A stretch of DNA of 64,000 nucleotides from NCBI GenBank assembly GCA_044347345.1, contig JBIKUX010000013.1, positions 14,747 through 78,746 on the forward strand, read 5' to 3'. This document shows positions 21,693 to 31,152 of the stretch, piece by piece (positions within the stretch are counted from its first letter, which is position 1; the number at the start of each line of letters is the position of its first letter). Origin of the DNA: Bdellovibrionota bacterium. Lineage in GTDB: Bacteria; Bdellovibrionota_C; UBA2361; JBIKUX01. The notes under the pieces were generated by a model. It saw nothing but the letters and a program-made list of their open reading frames with translations, was not told where the DNA came from and did not search any database. The translations under genes were made by a program, and so were the position numbers.

Positions 21693-22927
21693 GATTTCTC
21701 CATATTAATCTTTAAATACTCGTGGGTGAGATCACATCCAAAAGCCTCGCCTTCACAGTCTCCATCTTCGAGTGCAACACTTATATGTATGGTGTTTCCC
21801 TTCATATACTTAGCAACACCTTCTTTATCATGATTATACGAAAAACCATCCTTACAGACTAAATAGTTGCCAAAAGAGATTGATATCTTGTCTGGATTAA
21901 CGGGAATCCCTGCCGCACCAACTTCAGCAATTACTCGACCCCAGTAAGCACATTCACCCGCAATAGCGCATTTTACTAATACAGACCCCGCCACTTTTCG
22001 GGCAATTTGTATTGCATCTTGTTTCGTGCGAGCACCATTGACGCGACAGATAAGTAATTTGTTAGCGCCCTCTGCATCTCGTGCCATGTAAATAGCGAGC
22101 GTACGGCAGACTTCATGAAAAGCATCTGAGATAGCCTTAATAGCAGTTGCTTCCTTTTTAGTATCAGAAATTCGTTTATTTCCCGCGGCTCCATTAGCAA
22201 GAAGAAACACCGAATCATTAGTTGACTGACAACCATCGATTGAAAGAGCATGAAAAGAATCCGAAACGTTTGCTCGTAAAATTTTATCTGCTATCTCGGA
22301 TGACATTGCTGCATCGGTAAAGAGCGAGATTATTACTGTTGCCATGCCCGGATGAGCCATTGCAACCCCTTTAGCAATTCCTAAAATTTTAACATTCGTG
22401 CCCATTATCTCACATGTGGCACTACACCACTTAGGATGAGTATCGGTTGTCATCATACCCCTAGCCGCTAGTGACCAATGGAGAGGAGTTCCACCAAGAT
22501 CCTCAATATTAGTTCTAATATTTGGGATTATTTTATCATTTGTAATTGGTATACCAATCAGACCCGTTTGACCAATGAGTATAGCCTCAGGCTCGCAATC
22601 AATAGAATTTGCTACAGTAGTACAAAGTTCCCTTGCCACTGTTATTCCACGAGGCCCTGTTGCCGCATTAGCATTTCCCGATGTTACGATGACCGCTCGA
22701 ATTTTATCCGAGTGTGACTGAAGATGCTTACGACTCAAACATACTGGAGCGGCTGAAACATAATTAGTAGTAAAAACTCCAGCACCTTCTGCCGCTTGTT
22801 TTGATACAACTATACTTACGTCTGGCCGACCTGAAGCTTTGATACCAGCTGAAAAACCTGTTGCTAAGTATCCCTTCGGAAGCATCTCAGGCGTTAACGG
22901 TGGAGGAGGCCAAGGTAATAATTCCAT
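21689..22927 (-). CDS. argJ: Ornithine acetyltransferase / N-acetylglutamate synthase
   Basis: SGNANA, MTTDT, AKG.AM..P.MAT, IDG..STND, DAEGA, GCDLT. Confidence 0.95.
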   Translation of the reverse strand: MELLPWPPPPLTPEMLPKGYLATGFSAGIKASGRPDVSIVVSKQAAEGAGVFTTNYVSAAPVCLSRKHLQSHSDKIRAVIVTSGNANAATGPRGITVARELCTTVANSIDCEPEAILIGQTGLIGIPITNDKIIPNIRTNIEDLGGTPLHWSLAARGMMTTDTHPKWCSATCEIMGTNVKILGIAKGVAMAHPGMATVIISLFTDAAMSSEIADKILRANVSDSFHALSIDGCQSTNDSVFLLANGAAGNKRISDTKKEATAIKAISDAFHEVCRTLAIYMARDAEGANKLLICRVNGARTKQDAIQIARKVAGSVLVKCAIAGECAYWGRVIAEVGAAGIPVNPDKISISFGNYLVCKDGFSYNHDKEGVAKYMKGNTIHISVALEDGDCEGEAFGCDLTHEYLKINMEKS

Positions 22928-22974
22928 ATTTCGCTTACTTTAAGATATGTTAGTATCACTAACTACTAACAAGG

Positions 22975-23012
22975 AAAGTATAAATATACATATATTCGTA
23001 TTATTATGCAAA
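22975..23012 (-). promoter_or_regulatory. Tandem ARG boxes (ArgR operator)
   Basis: AGTATAAATATACA (22977-22990) and CGTATTATTATGCA (22997-23010), each one mismatch from TGNATWWWWATNCA, 20 bp apart, upstream of argJ. Confidence 0.75.
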
Positions 23013-23058
23013 ATAATTGTTACATTATTCTTGATAATTAGGATCTAAAAATTATTCG

Positions 23059-24183
23059 CTAAAATTCTTCAAAAGTACCGAGATCTTTTTTTGGATTAGC
23101 ACTAGGAGAATTAGAGTTGCCGGTCAAATCAGAAATTTTAATTCGCCAATCTTTAATAGATTCTAAGCACTGAGGCGTATATCGTCCGTACTCAGCACAA
23201 GCAATGCCTGGAAACTTTGGAATAACTTTACGACCACTAGATAAAACTCTTTGACACTCTTCACTGATATAACGACTACGAACGAATGGAGCATTTGGTA
23301 AAAGAATCGCCTTTATCGTAGTGCTATCTTCTTCCGTCACAGATGGAGAATTTGCTACACCTAGCCTAATGCCATTTTCAGTTCGATCATTTTCTTTAAA
23401 AGTCATCGGATTCAAAACTTTTGACTCAGGAACCAAGCTTGAGGCTGACATTGTAGGAGGAGATTCGATATCAAACTCTTCTTCACTACATTCAAGAACA
23501 ATTAATCGATTAAGTATTCTTACTGCATTACGGTGATTCATTAAAAATGTTTCGTACTTTTCCTGATCCTCTTTAGATGGGGGATTCAAGAGATACGAGC
23601 TTTTTTCAAATTGCCGGAAATCTCCCTTTAATTGACTTTTCACAACAGATATTTTTTTACCTCTCGTCTCAGGATCGGCAAAACTAGGCTGACGCAAGAC
23701 TCCAGTACGCTGCACAATTGTAATTACGGCATTTCGACATGATGGGGAGATAAAACCGTCTCTGGCACACACACCGGCCGAGTTGCTTGGATGAAGCCTT
23801 AAAAGTTCATTTCGCGCTTGGATACATTCGTCAGTAACTTTGTTAGGATTATAGGACAGAGATACATGGAGATTAGTAAAGCACTCGTGGTACACCTTAC
23901 GTTCATGATTGTAAAGAATCGCAGAATAATTAGAAGGTGACGGATCGCTGCGATATTTACTCTCCGACTGCTTAATCGCAAGAGTTAAGAGTTCTCTCAG
24001 AGAAGCCCTTCGGTCCTGAGTAACATGATTTTTTCCATCTACATTTGAATCTTTAATGTTGTTGGGGCTGACGGTAGAACTAGGTTGCGAGTAAGCCTGA
24101 CTTAAACTCAGAAATATCAGGATTAAGAGCGTAAAACATATAAGAGACAAATATGAAAAATATCTTTGAGAACGGAATGTCAT
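23059..24183 (-). CDS. Hypothetical secreted Cys-containing protein
   Basis: Signal peptide follows ATG 24183; repeated CA.DG/YG...P.C motif. Confidence 0.65.
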   Translation of the reverse strand: MTFRSQRYFSYLSLICFTLLILIFLSLSQAYSQPSSTVSPNNIKDSNVDGKNHVTQDRRASLRELLTLAIKQSESKYRSDPSPSNYSAILYNHERKVYHECFTNLHVSLSYNPNKVTDECIQARNELLRLHPSNSAGVCARDGFISPSCRNAVITIVQRTGVLRQPSFADPETRGKKISVVKSQLKGDFRQFEKSSYLLNPPSKEDQEKYETFLMNHRNAVRILNRLIVLECSEEEFDIESPPTMSASSLVPESKVLNPMTFKENDRTENGIRLGVANSPSVTEEDSTTIKAILLPNAPFVRSRYISEECQRVLSSGRKVIPKFPGIACAEYGRYTPQCLESIKDWRIKISDLTGNSNSPSANPKKDLGTFEEF

Positions 24184-24184
24184 T

Positions 24185-25063
24185 ATGAGAATCCTCCTCA
24201 CACTGATAAGTAGAATCGTTGGTTGGGCATCACGTCTTGAATCACCTGCGTTTGCCGCTAAATTTGCCCTAAAATGTTTCATTTATTCAATTAAACCTAA
24301 TGTAAAGGAGGCAGCTAAACCGCTTAACCAATATTCGTGCATTCATGACTTTTTTACTCGCTCTATTCGTCCTGAACTTCGTCCAATAGCTTCTTGCTCT
24401 TTTGTGTCCCCAATAGATGGAACGCTTTTGGCAGTAACCCCTGTAAACATTGAGACAACCCTGGAAATTAAGGGTCTTGATTATTCAGTCTTTGATCTAC
24501 TTAGTCCGCTATTTTCAGAAGTAACACAATCAAACTTACAAGGTTACTCTGCCTGGCATTTCTATCTCTCCCCAAAAGATTACCACCGAGTGCACTCTCC
24601 ATGCGAGGGAGTTATTGAAGCTGTCGGCTACATTCCAGGCACTTTGTGGCCCGTCACTAGTTGGGCCCTACGTCTTATACCAAAACTTTATACTAAAAAT
24701 GAAAGGGTAGTAATACAAATCACTAGGCCTTCAGGAGCCAAAATTTTTGTCATATTGGTTGGAGCTTTAAATGTTGGCAACATTACTCTAGCGATTGAAC
24801 CTAAACTAGAAACTAATCCACGGATACTAGTTAATAATAGTTCAATACTAAATAAAAATCTTCAATGGATGCCACAAGCAAAAAAGTTCTCATACATGCC
24901 AGCTCGAAAGGTTGTTAAGGGCGATGAGGTCGGAATATTTCATCTTGGGTCAACAGTTATACTTCTCTCCCCAGACAATGAATTTAAACCATCAGCATCC
25001 TTGGTTACAACAACCGAACTATTAAAAAAGCCAATCCAGTTTGGCCAATCTTTACTTACATAA
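24185..25063 (+). CDS. psd: Phosphatidylserine decarboxylase proenzyme
   Basis: FFTR, SPIDG, YLSPKDYHRVH, NER, VGA.NVG, LGST cleavage motif. Confidence 0.93.
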   Translation: MRILLTLISRIVGWASRLESPAFAAKFALKCFIYSIKPNVKEAAKPLNQYSCIHDFFTRSIRPELRPIASCSFVSPIDGTLLAVTPVNIETTLEIKGLDYSVFDLLSPLFSEVTQSNLQGYSAWHFYLSPKDYHRVHSPCEGVIEAVGYIPGTLWPVTSWALRLIPKLYTKNERVVIQITRPSGAKIFVILVGALNVGNITLAIEPKLETNPRILVNNSSILNKNLQWMPQAKKFSYMPARKVVKGDEVGIFHLGSTVILLSPDNEFKPSASLVTTTELLKKPIQFGQSLLT

Positions 25064-25115
25064 GCAAAAAATAAGTACAATTCATTAAGTGATGATGAAG
25101 CAGGGTAAAATATTT

Positions 25116-26861
25116 CTACGGCTTACTATTTATCCGAGGTAAAATATCACTCAAAAGTCCCTCTGATAAGGCAATCATTCTGTGCAAAGGAAGAGTTTCT
25201 CTCAGACACTGAGCGATTTGTTGCCACCAACCTTGTAAAGAGCGGTCAGCTGTAAGCCATATTTTCTTTTGAAGAGAGGTAAGAATAGCTTGCTTTGATA
25301 TGAAAGTAGCCCACGCTGAATCAAAGTCTTCCAAAACTGAGTTCTTTACCAGAGGCACAATTTTATTTATGAAAACGTTTTCCTCATATAGGAGAAAACC
25401 TATACTAAGAGCCTCGAAGGCTTGAAACGATTTGTCAACCAAGGAACCTACGCTCCCAAAATCACGCACTCTAACGGATGGTAGAGCAGCCACATTACGC
25501 TTAAAAAGATAAGCAAGAATTCCAAAATAATGCATTAAAGTAACTGAACTTAAAAACGGTGCGTTTGGTGAAATAAATTGAAGAAGAAGCTCTCTACTTG
25601 TTATAAGACCAAATGGTAGGACTGTCGTCGTTAGTTGCAACTCATTTGGCTCTATACCGATATATTCGTGATCACAAGATGCAAAAGATAATTCCTCGTG
25701 CCTTAAAATACATGTCAGATCAAGTGGTGCTGTTCGTGCTACCACAGAAGTCTTACAGGCACCATTTTCTTTTCTTACTCCACCAAAGGTTATAATGTCA
25801 GCATCTCCGGCAACTAGAGGTTTAAGCGCTTGAGCTAAATATGCTTTTGATAAAAAACCCGACTGTGTAATAATTGCTACATAATCACCAAGACTCTCTC
25901 CTATCAAATCAAGTAAATTTGAATTTCGTGATTGATCTGGAGAAACATATCTAATTAAAGATGAACAAGCTTTAATCTTAGTTTTATCGTAGCATGGGCT
26001 AGATCCACATAAAATCTCAACATTCTGATAACCTGCCTGCTCAACAACTGATGAAAGAAAAAAATGGAGCTTATTGATATCTTGCGGTAAATCCGGAAGA
26101 CAAATACTAATAAGATATTTTTGATTGTCTAATATTGTGTTAGTATGGCTTGTTTTCTTCTGAAGCGACCCGATGTTTTTATTACTTTTAGTTCCATATT
26201 CAAATACCTTAATATCTATCGAATATGTATGACTTGATACAAATGTTTCCTCTATTTCTACCTTGTACCATGAGATAGGCTTAAGGTGGGATAGATTTTT
26301 ACAGCGTAAAAGCCATTTTCTTCTCTCCTCATTAAAGCCAAGAAGATTGGAAATGTTTAAGCCTAACTGAGCTATAATGAGTGGAAGACCGCTAAAAAAA
26401 TCCGGTAATTCATACCAAGTAAAGGGTCTAATTGTCCTATTATAATATTCCCAGGCCTGCCATGACTCATGAATCGCCTGTAATGCGGGCAAAAAATTCT
26501 TTTTTCCCTCAATAAGTAAAGCCGCTTTTAAAAAAAAATAAATAACCTGTTCCATACCGGCTATACCGATAAAAGTGTAGTCCACTCTAAATTCATTACA
26601 AGTGAGGTCTTTCGGTATAGGGGCTGATTCAACGGCTAAATACTGAGCGGAATATTGAATGAGTGCATTATCAAGCTCGTAGATATCATCTTCACTTAGA
26701 GCGCAAATTCCATATAGCAAACACAGAATCGCAGAATTATTACACTCACTTTTAAGTAACGGAAGGGCTAAAGAACTTTCTCCGGCTGAAAGCAATCTAA
26801 ATGAAGCTCTGATAATTCTATCCTGACCCTGAACCTGAGGCTCATCTTTTATCCTGTCCAT
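25116..26861 (-). CDS. Hypothetical protein, helical N-terminus plus degenerate GT-A-like domain
   Basis: LISIC....Q.Y.NVEIL, GDYVAI resemble GT2 N-terminal strands; no clear DxD. Confidence 0.45.
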   Translation of the reverse strand: MDRIKDEPQVQGQDRIIRASFRLLSAGESSLALPLLKSECNNSAILCLLYGICALSEDDIYELDNALIQYSAQYLAVESAPIPKDLTCNEFRVDYTFIGIAGMEQVIYFFLKAALLIEGKKNFLPALQAIHESWQAWEYYNRTIRPFTWYELPDFFSGLPLIIAQLGLNISNLLGFNEERRKWLLRCKNLSHLKPISWYKVEIEETFVSSHTYSIDIKVFEYGTKSNKNIGSLQKKTSHTNTILDNQKYLISICLPDLPQDINKLHFFLSSVVEQAGYQNVEILCGSSPCYDKTKIKACSSLIRYVSPDQSRNSNLLDLIGESLGDYVAIITQSGFLSKAYLAQALKPLVAGDADIITFGGVRKENGACKTSVVARTAPLDLTCILRHEELSFASCDHEYIGIEPNELQLTTTVLPFGLITSRELLLQFISPNAPFLSSVTLMHYFGILAYLFKRNVAALPSVRVRDFGSVGSLVDKSFQAFEALSIGFLLYEENVFINKIVPLVKNSVLEDFDSAWATFISKQAILTSLQKKIWLTADRSLQGWWQQIAQCLRETLPLHRMIALSEGLLSDILPRINSKP

Positions 26862-26998
26862 GTTATCTTACTTACTAACTGACCTACCTATCTTGTTACT
26901 TGGTGAACCTCTTACCAACTGCTCTAATCTGTCGAAAAATATGAGCAAGAATGCCGAGGAAAATAGAATTTAATTGTGTTAATAGTAGGTTATGCCAC

Positions 26999-27015
26999 CT
27001 AGCATACTTTTTGCT
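26999..27015 (+). promoter_or_regulatory. Sigma54-like -24/-12 box upstream of flgB (AG variant)
   Basis: CTAGCATACTTTTTGCT vs consensus CTGGCACNNNNNTTGCW. Confidence 0.55.
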
Positions 27016-27104
27016 CTTATAATATAAAAATGTCCTCAGCTGCCAATATTTTGGCGATGTATAAAAAAGTGTCGCTTAATTTTTTAAGGCAAAGGAAAGT
27101 ACCC

Positions 27105-27509
27105 ATGAGCATAGTAGACCAACTATTTGGAAGTCAGGTAACCGGTCTTTCAAAAATGCTGGATCTGAGTTGGCGTCGACACAAAGTCATAACTTCAAAT
27201 ATAGCAAATGCAGAAACACCTCAGTATAGAGCCGTAGATTTACACTTTGGGAGTGAGCTTGAGCGCGCATTTGATCAGTATCAAGGAGTTACTGCTCGAA
27301 CCAGCCCACAACACCTAGAAGTATCTACTGAGAGTGTGGCTCATTTATTACCAGACTTAACGGGTGCTACCAAACCTGACGGTAACAACGTAGATCTTGA
27401 TATACAAATGGGTCAACTATCCTATAATAGCGGTAAATACTCACAGGCATCTGGGATACTACGCAGAAAATTCGAAAGAATCTCTAGTATAATTAGAACG
27501 GTAGCTTAG
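27105..27509 (+). CDS. flgB: Flagellar rod protein FlgB
   Basis: SNIANAETPQY, DGNNVDLD; AAGGA RBS before ATG 27105. Confidence 0.93.
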   Translation: MSIVDQLFGSQVTGLSKMLDLSWRRHKVITSNIANAETPQYRAVDLHFGSELERAFDQYQGVTARTSPQHLEVSTESVAHLLPDLTGATKPDGNNVDLDIQMGQLSYNSGKYSQASGILRRKFERISSIIRTVA

Positions 27510-27511
27510 CT

Positions 27512-27940
27512 ATGAGTGATATTTACGAAATATTAGCAGCTGGAATGAGCGCGGCTAGACTAAGAGTAAATGTACTAGCTTCAAATATTGCTAATGCTGA
27601 AACATCCAAGACGGCTGAAGGTGGACCTTATAAAAGACGTGACATTGTTCAGATAGCACAAACGGTAAAAGGTGAATTTACCGATGCGCTTGACACAATG
27701 ACACTGATGAGACCAGCCGTACTTGCAGTAGTTGAGGATCAAACAAACCCAAGGTTAGTTCATCAACCAGGGCATCCCGATGCAGACGCCGACGGCATGG
27801 TATCTTTTCCAAATATCAATGTAGTCACCACTATGACAGACCTTATGGCGGCAAGCCGCTTATATCAGGCTAACGTTACAGCTCTGGAAACAGCTCGCCA
27901 GATGTCTGATGAAGCTAAGCGGATTTCTGTTCGCTCTTAA
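27512..27940 (+). CDS. flgC: Flagellar rod protein FlgC
   Basis: SNIANAET, GGPYKRR, PGHPDA, ASRLYQAN. Confidence 0.95.
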   Translation: MSDIYEILAAGMSAARLRVNVLASNIANAETSKTAEGGPYKRRDIVQIAQTVKGEFTDALDTMTLMRPAVLAVVEDQTNPRLVHQPGHPDADADGMVSFPNINVVTTMTDLMAASRLYQANVTALETARQMSDEAKRISVRS

Positions 27941-27980
27941 AAGAAGGAAACAACACTGATAGAAACCTTAGATACTTCCT

Positions 27981-27997
27981 CTAGCACAACTCTTGCT
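27981..27997 (+). promoter_or_regulatory. Sigma54-like -24/-12 box upstream of fliE (AG variant)
   Basis: CTAGCACAACTCTTGCT. Confidence 0.55.
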
Positions 27998-28114
27998 TAC
28001 TTAAGGATTTAAATCACCAAAATTGTCAATGTTTTGGCACAATAAAGGCGATCTTAAAAAGCTATAAAGCTGAAAGTTATACTTGCGAAGCAAAGATATC
28101 GAGGCAAGAAGAAT

Positions 28115-28438
28115 ATGTCTGTAGACAGTATCTCGAAAGCACTAAAAGGATTTTCATTTGAGCGAATTTCTCAGCCCCTTTTAGAGAAAAAAACTAATAT
28201 TAGTGAATCAACTCAAGCCGGATTCAGCGAAGCTTTAGAGAAAGCTCTTGAACGAGTAAATAGTCTTGATGTACAAGCTGAAAATCTGGTTGCTCAGGCT
28301 ACATCTGGTAAAAAACAAGTCGCTCCTCACGAACTTATCTTATCTTTGGAAAAGGCAGATGTTGCATTTGAGCTTATGAATAAAGTCAGGCAACAAGTAA
28401 TAAGAGCCTATGAGGAGGTGATGAGAACCCCAATTTAA
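28115..28438 (+). CDS. fliE: Hook-basal body protein FliE
   Basis: HE....EKA......VR..VI.AYEEVMR. Confidence 0.92.
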   Translation: MSVDSISKALKGFSFERISQPLLEKKTNISESTQAGFSEALEKALERVNSLDVQAENLVAQATSGKKQVAPHELILSLEKADVAFELMNKVRQQVIRAYEEVMRTPI

Positions 28439-28467
28439 TAGTAGAAATTTTATAGTGAGCCACAATT

Positions 28468-30195
28468 ATGGCAAAGCCGCCACGATCAAGTTTTGACTTA
28501 TCTGCTTCTTTTGCTCAATTAATTGATGCTTATTTGAAGCTACCATTAAATCAAAAAATATTATTCCCATTTCTTTTAGCACTATCAGTGTGGGCGATTG
28601 TTTTTGTAGCGCAATGGGCGAATAAAGCTGATTATGTGGTATTATTCTCAGACCTTGAGTCAGCAGATGCTGGAGCCGTTATTGAGCGATTAAAAACAAT
28701 GAAAGTAGCTTATGAAGTTCGTGGTGACGGCCGAACAGTAGCTATATCTCCACCCGAGATGGTTCATGAGATGAGACTACAACTTGCCTCAGAGGGAATC
28801 CCTTCAAAAGGGACAGTTGGATGGGAGGTATTTGATGGTGTCAGTTTAGGGCTTACCCAACAACAAGAATGGTCACTCCGTATTCGTGCTAAGCAGGGAG
28901 AGCTAGAAAGAACTATAGCGGCACTTGAGGCGGTGCAAGCAGTTCGAGTGCACATTTCTGAGCCAGAACACCGCGGTTTTGGTAAAAATGAACAACAAGC
29001 CACTGCATCAGTACTACTTAGATTACGCGCTGGAGGGGAACTCGATCGCAAGCAGATAAAAGGAATAGCAAACTTAGTAGCAGGTAGCGTTCAGGGTTTA
29101 AAGCCGGAGAATGTTACAATTATTGATAGTAACGGTAACCCACTCACACAATCTGAGGAAGAGCGCAAAAATGAACTTGATGGTGGTGGAGAGTCTTACC
29201 GTATTGAATATCAAAGAACTGTTGAAAGAGGCTATATTGATAGGATTGAGCAAATGCTACAAAAAGTGCTTGGTCCAGGTAAAGCCGTAGCTAGAGTAAC
29301 GGCGGATATAGATTATTCGAGCAGTGAACGAGAGGAAGAAAGCTATGATCCTGGAGGTCAAGTTATTAGATCAGAACGTACTATAGCAGAGGGAACAGGT
29401 GCATCTCAGCGAGGTGGAGTTCCAGGCGTTACAAGTAATCTTAGTAACGATCCAAATCTATTGTCTCCACCAAAAAGTGACGGCGAAAACTCAAAACGAA
29501 GCGAAAGCGTCAAAAATTATGAAGTATCCAGAGCAATCACTAAAAGTGTTGCACCTCGAGGAAGTGTCGTAAAACTTTCAGCAGCTGTTCTTGTAGATGG
29601 TACATACGAAGAGCCGACAAGTACAACAGAATCTGCATCACCATCCGAAAAACCGTCTGAAGAAGCTCCAGCTCAAGAAAAGGAGACCGCTTCGCAAAAA
29701 AAAGTTTTTAAACCACTCGATGCAGAAACCCTTGCTCGAATTGAGGGTATAGTAAAGGGTGCGATAGGCTTTGATTCCAATAGGGGTGATTCTGTAACCG
29801 TTGAGAGCATTCCTTTTTATCAACCCGACCAAAGTCTTGAAGAGTCCCTAAAAAGTGCGGAAATGTGGCAAAATATCTTCGGTATTTCATCTAGAATCCT
29901 ACCTGCACTATTTGTCTTTATCTTTATCTGGGCCTTTGTACGTCCACTTCTTAACTTTATATTAACACCATCTGAGGCAGAGACAGATTTAAATAGACTT
30001 CTACCTAAGGGAGTTTTTGAACTTGAGAAAGAACTGGATGCTGAACGAACAAAGGCTACAATTCCTGAATTTGAGCCAACCATTGACCTTGAGCAACTAG
30101 AAGAGCTCATGTCTGAGAACTCTCGAATTGTAAGGGAAAATCCGCAACAAGCTGCTCTTCTCATAAGATGGTGGTTAAATGATGGAAGGTTATAA
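28468..30195 (+). CDS. fliF: MS-ring protein FliF
   Basis: GWEVFD, GELERTI, ASVLL, GVPG..SN, NYE, GFD..RGD, two TM segments. Confidence 0.95.
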   Translation: MAKPPRSSFDLSASFAQLIDAYLKLPLNQKILFPFLLALSVWAIVFVAQWANKADYVVLFSDLESADAGAVIERLKTMKVAYEVRGDGRTVAISPPEMVHEMRLQLASEGIPSKGTVGWEVFDGVSLGLTQQQEWSLRIRAKQGELERTIAALEAVQAVRVHISEPEHRGFGKNEQQATASVLLRLRAGGELDRKQIKGIANLVAGSVQGLKPENVTIIDSNGNPLTQSEEERKNELDGGGESYRIEYQRTVERGYIDRIEQMLQKVLGPGKAVARVTADIDYSSSEREEESYDPGGQVIRSERTIAEGTGASQRGGVPGVTSNLSNDPNLLSPPKSDGENSKRSESVKNYEVSRAITKSVAPRGSVVKLSAAVLVDGTYEEPTSTTESASPSEKPSEEAPAQEKETASQKKVFKPLDAETLARIEGIVKGAIGFDSNRGDSVTVESIPFYQPDQSLEESLKSAEMWQNIFGISSRILPALFVFIFIWAFVRPLLNFILTPSEAETDLNRLLPKGVFELEKELDAERTKATIPEFEPTIDLEQLEELMSENSRIVRENPQQAALLIRWWLNDGRL

Positions 30196-30312
30196 AGCTA
30201 GGAGTTATTGCTGAGTTCAAGTGAGCTGAATCTAACTATTCATAATATAGGCTCAGATTTTAAGGCAACAATAATGAAGTTCTTTATCACAAATAGTAGA
30301 TAATCAAAGAAT

Positions 30313-31152
30313 ATGAGTGGCGATACTGAACATCCTTCATCTCAAATAGAGAGCTCTGAACCAAAGATAACTCAACTTAATCATGTAACATCACCCTTTA
30401 TAGAGGCTGGATTTCCAATAATTGGTGATGTTAATGACAATTATCAATTTGAACCTTTTAAAGCAGAATTGATTGGGGAAAATGACCTAAAATCTGATCC
30501 CATGTTTGAAATTTTCGCAGATTTTGAAAATAACCCGAGTAATATTCGGTGGCACTTGCCGCCTGATATAGCGAAGCAGAAGCAGCTTGAACTAATTCAA
30601 GGTGACCAAGTCGAACAAACAATAACTCTAACTGTTAAGGAATTTGAAAATGAAATAAAAAGTGCTACAGAAAAAGGAGCATCAGAGGGCTTCATATCTG
30701 CTCAAAATCAATTTGAAGAGAAACTTACAGAATCATCCAGACGTATCTTAGATATTTTTGAGCAACTAAAAGAACAAATTGACGCATCTATAGAAATGAT
30801 GCAGAGGAAAGCTGTTAAACTATCTGTAGATTTAGCTGGACAGATTCTTAATCAAAAAATTAACGAAGATCCATATTACTTGATACCCGTTATACGAGAG
30901 GCATTTGGTTTAGTATCAGATTCAAAAATATTTTCAGTAAAAGTTTCGCCTCACGATTTTGAGTTTCTTGATAAGAGCCAACTTTTAGAAAAGCTCGGTC
31001 AGCAACAAGACACTTGGGAGTTTCTTCCTGACTCAAATATTGAGGCTGGTTGTATTGTTGAAACAACAGCTGGTCAGATTGAGATTGATCTCTTATCAAG
31101 TTTTTCTCAGTTAAAGAATATATTGCTAGAGGAAGATGAACAATCCTCCTGA
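30313..31152 (+). CDS. fliH: Flagellar export protein FliH
   Basis: V.VSP.D and D..I..GCIVET..G.I C-terminal motif; directly before fliI. Confidence 0.85.
   Translation: MSGDTEHPSSQIESSEPKITQLNHVTSPFIEAGFPIIGDVNDNYQFEPFKAELIGENDLKSDPMFEIFADFENNPSNIRWHLPPDIAKQKQLELIQGDQVEQTITLTVKEFENEIKSATEKGASEGFISAQNQFEEKLTESSRRILDIFEQLKEQIDASIEMMQRKAVKLSVDLAGQILNQKINEDPYYLIPVIREAFGLVSDSKIFSVKVSPHDFEFLDKSQLLEKLGQQQDTWEFLPDSNIEAGCIVETTAGQIEIDLLSSFSQLKNILLEEDEQSS

Noticed and set aside
28035-28050. TGGCAC upstream of fliE as canonical sigma54 site
   Set aside because: No TTGC at the required spacing
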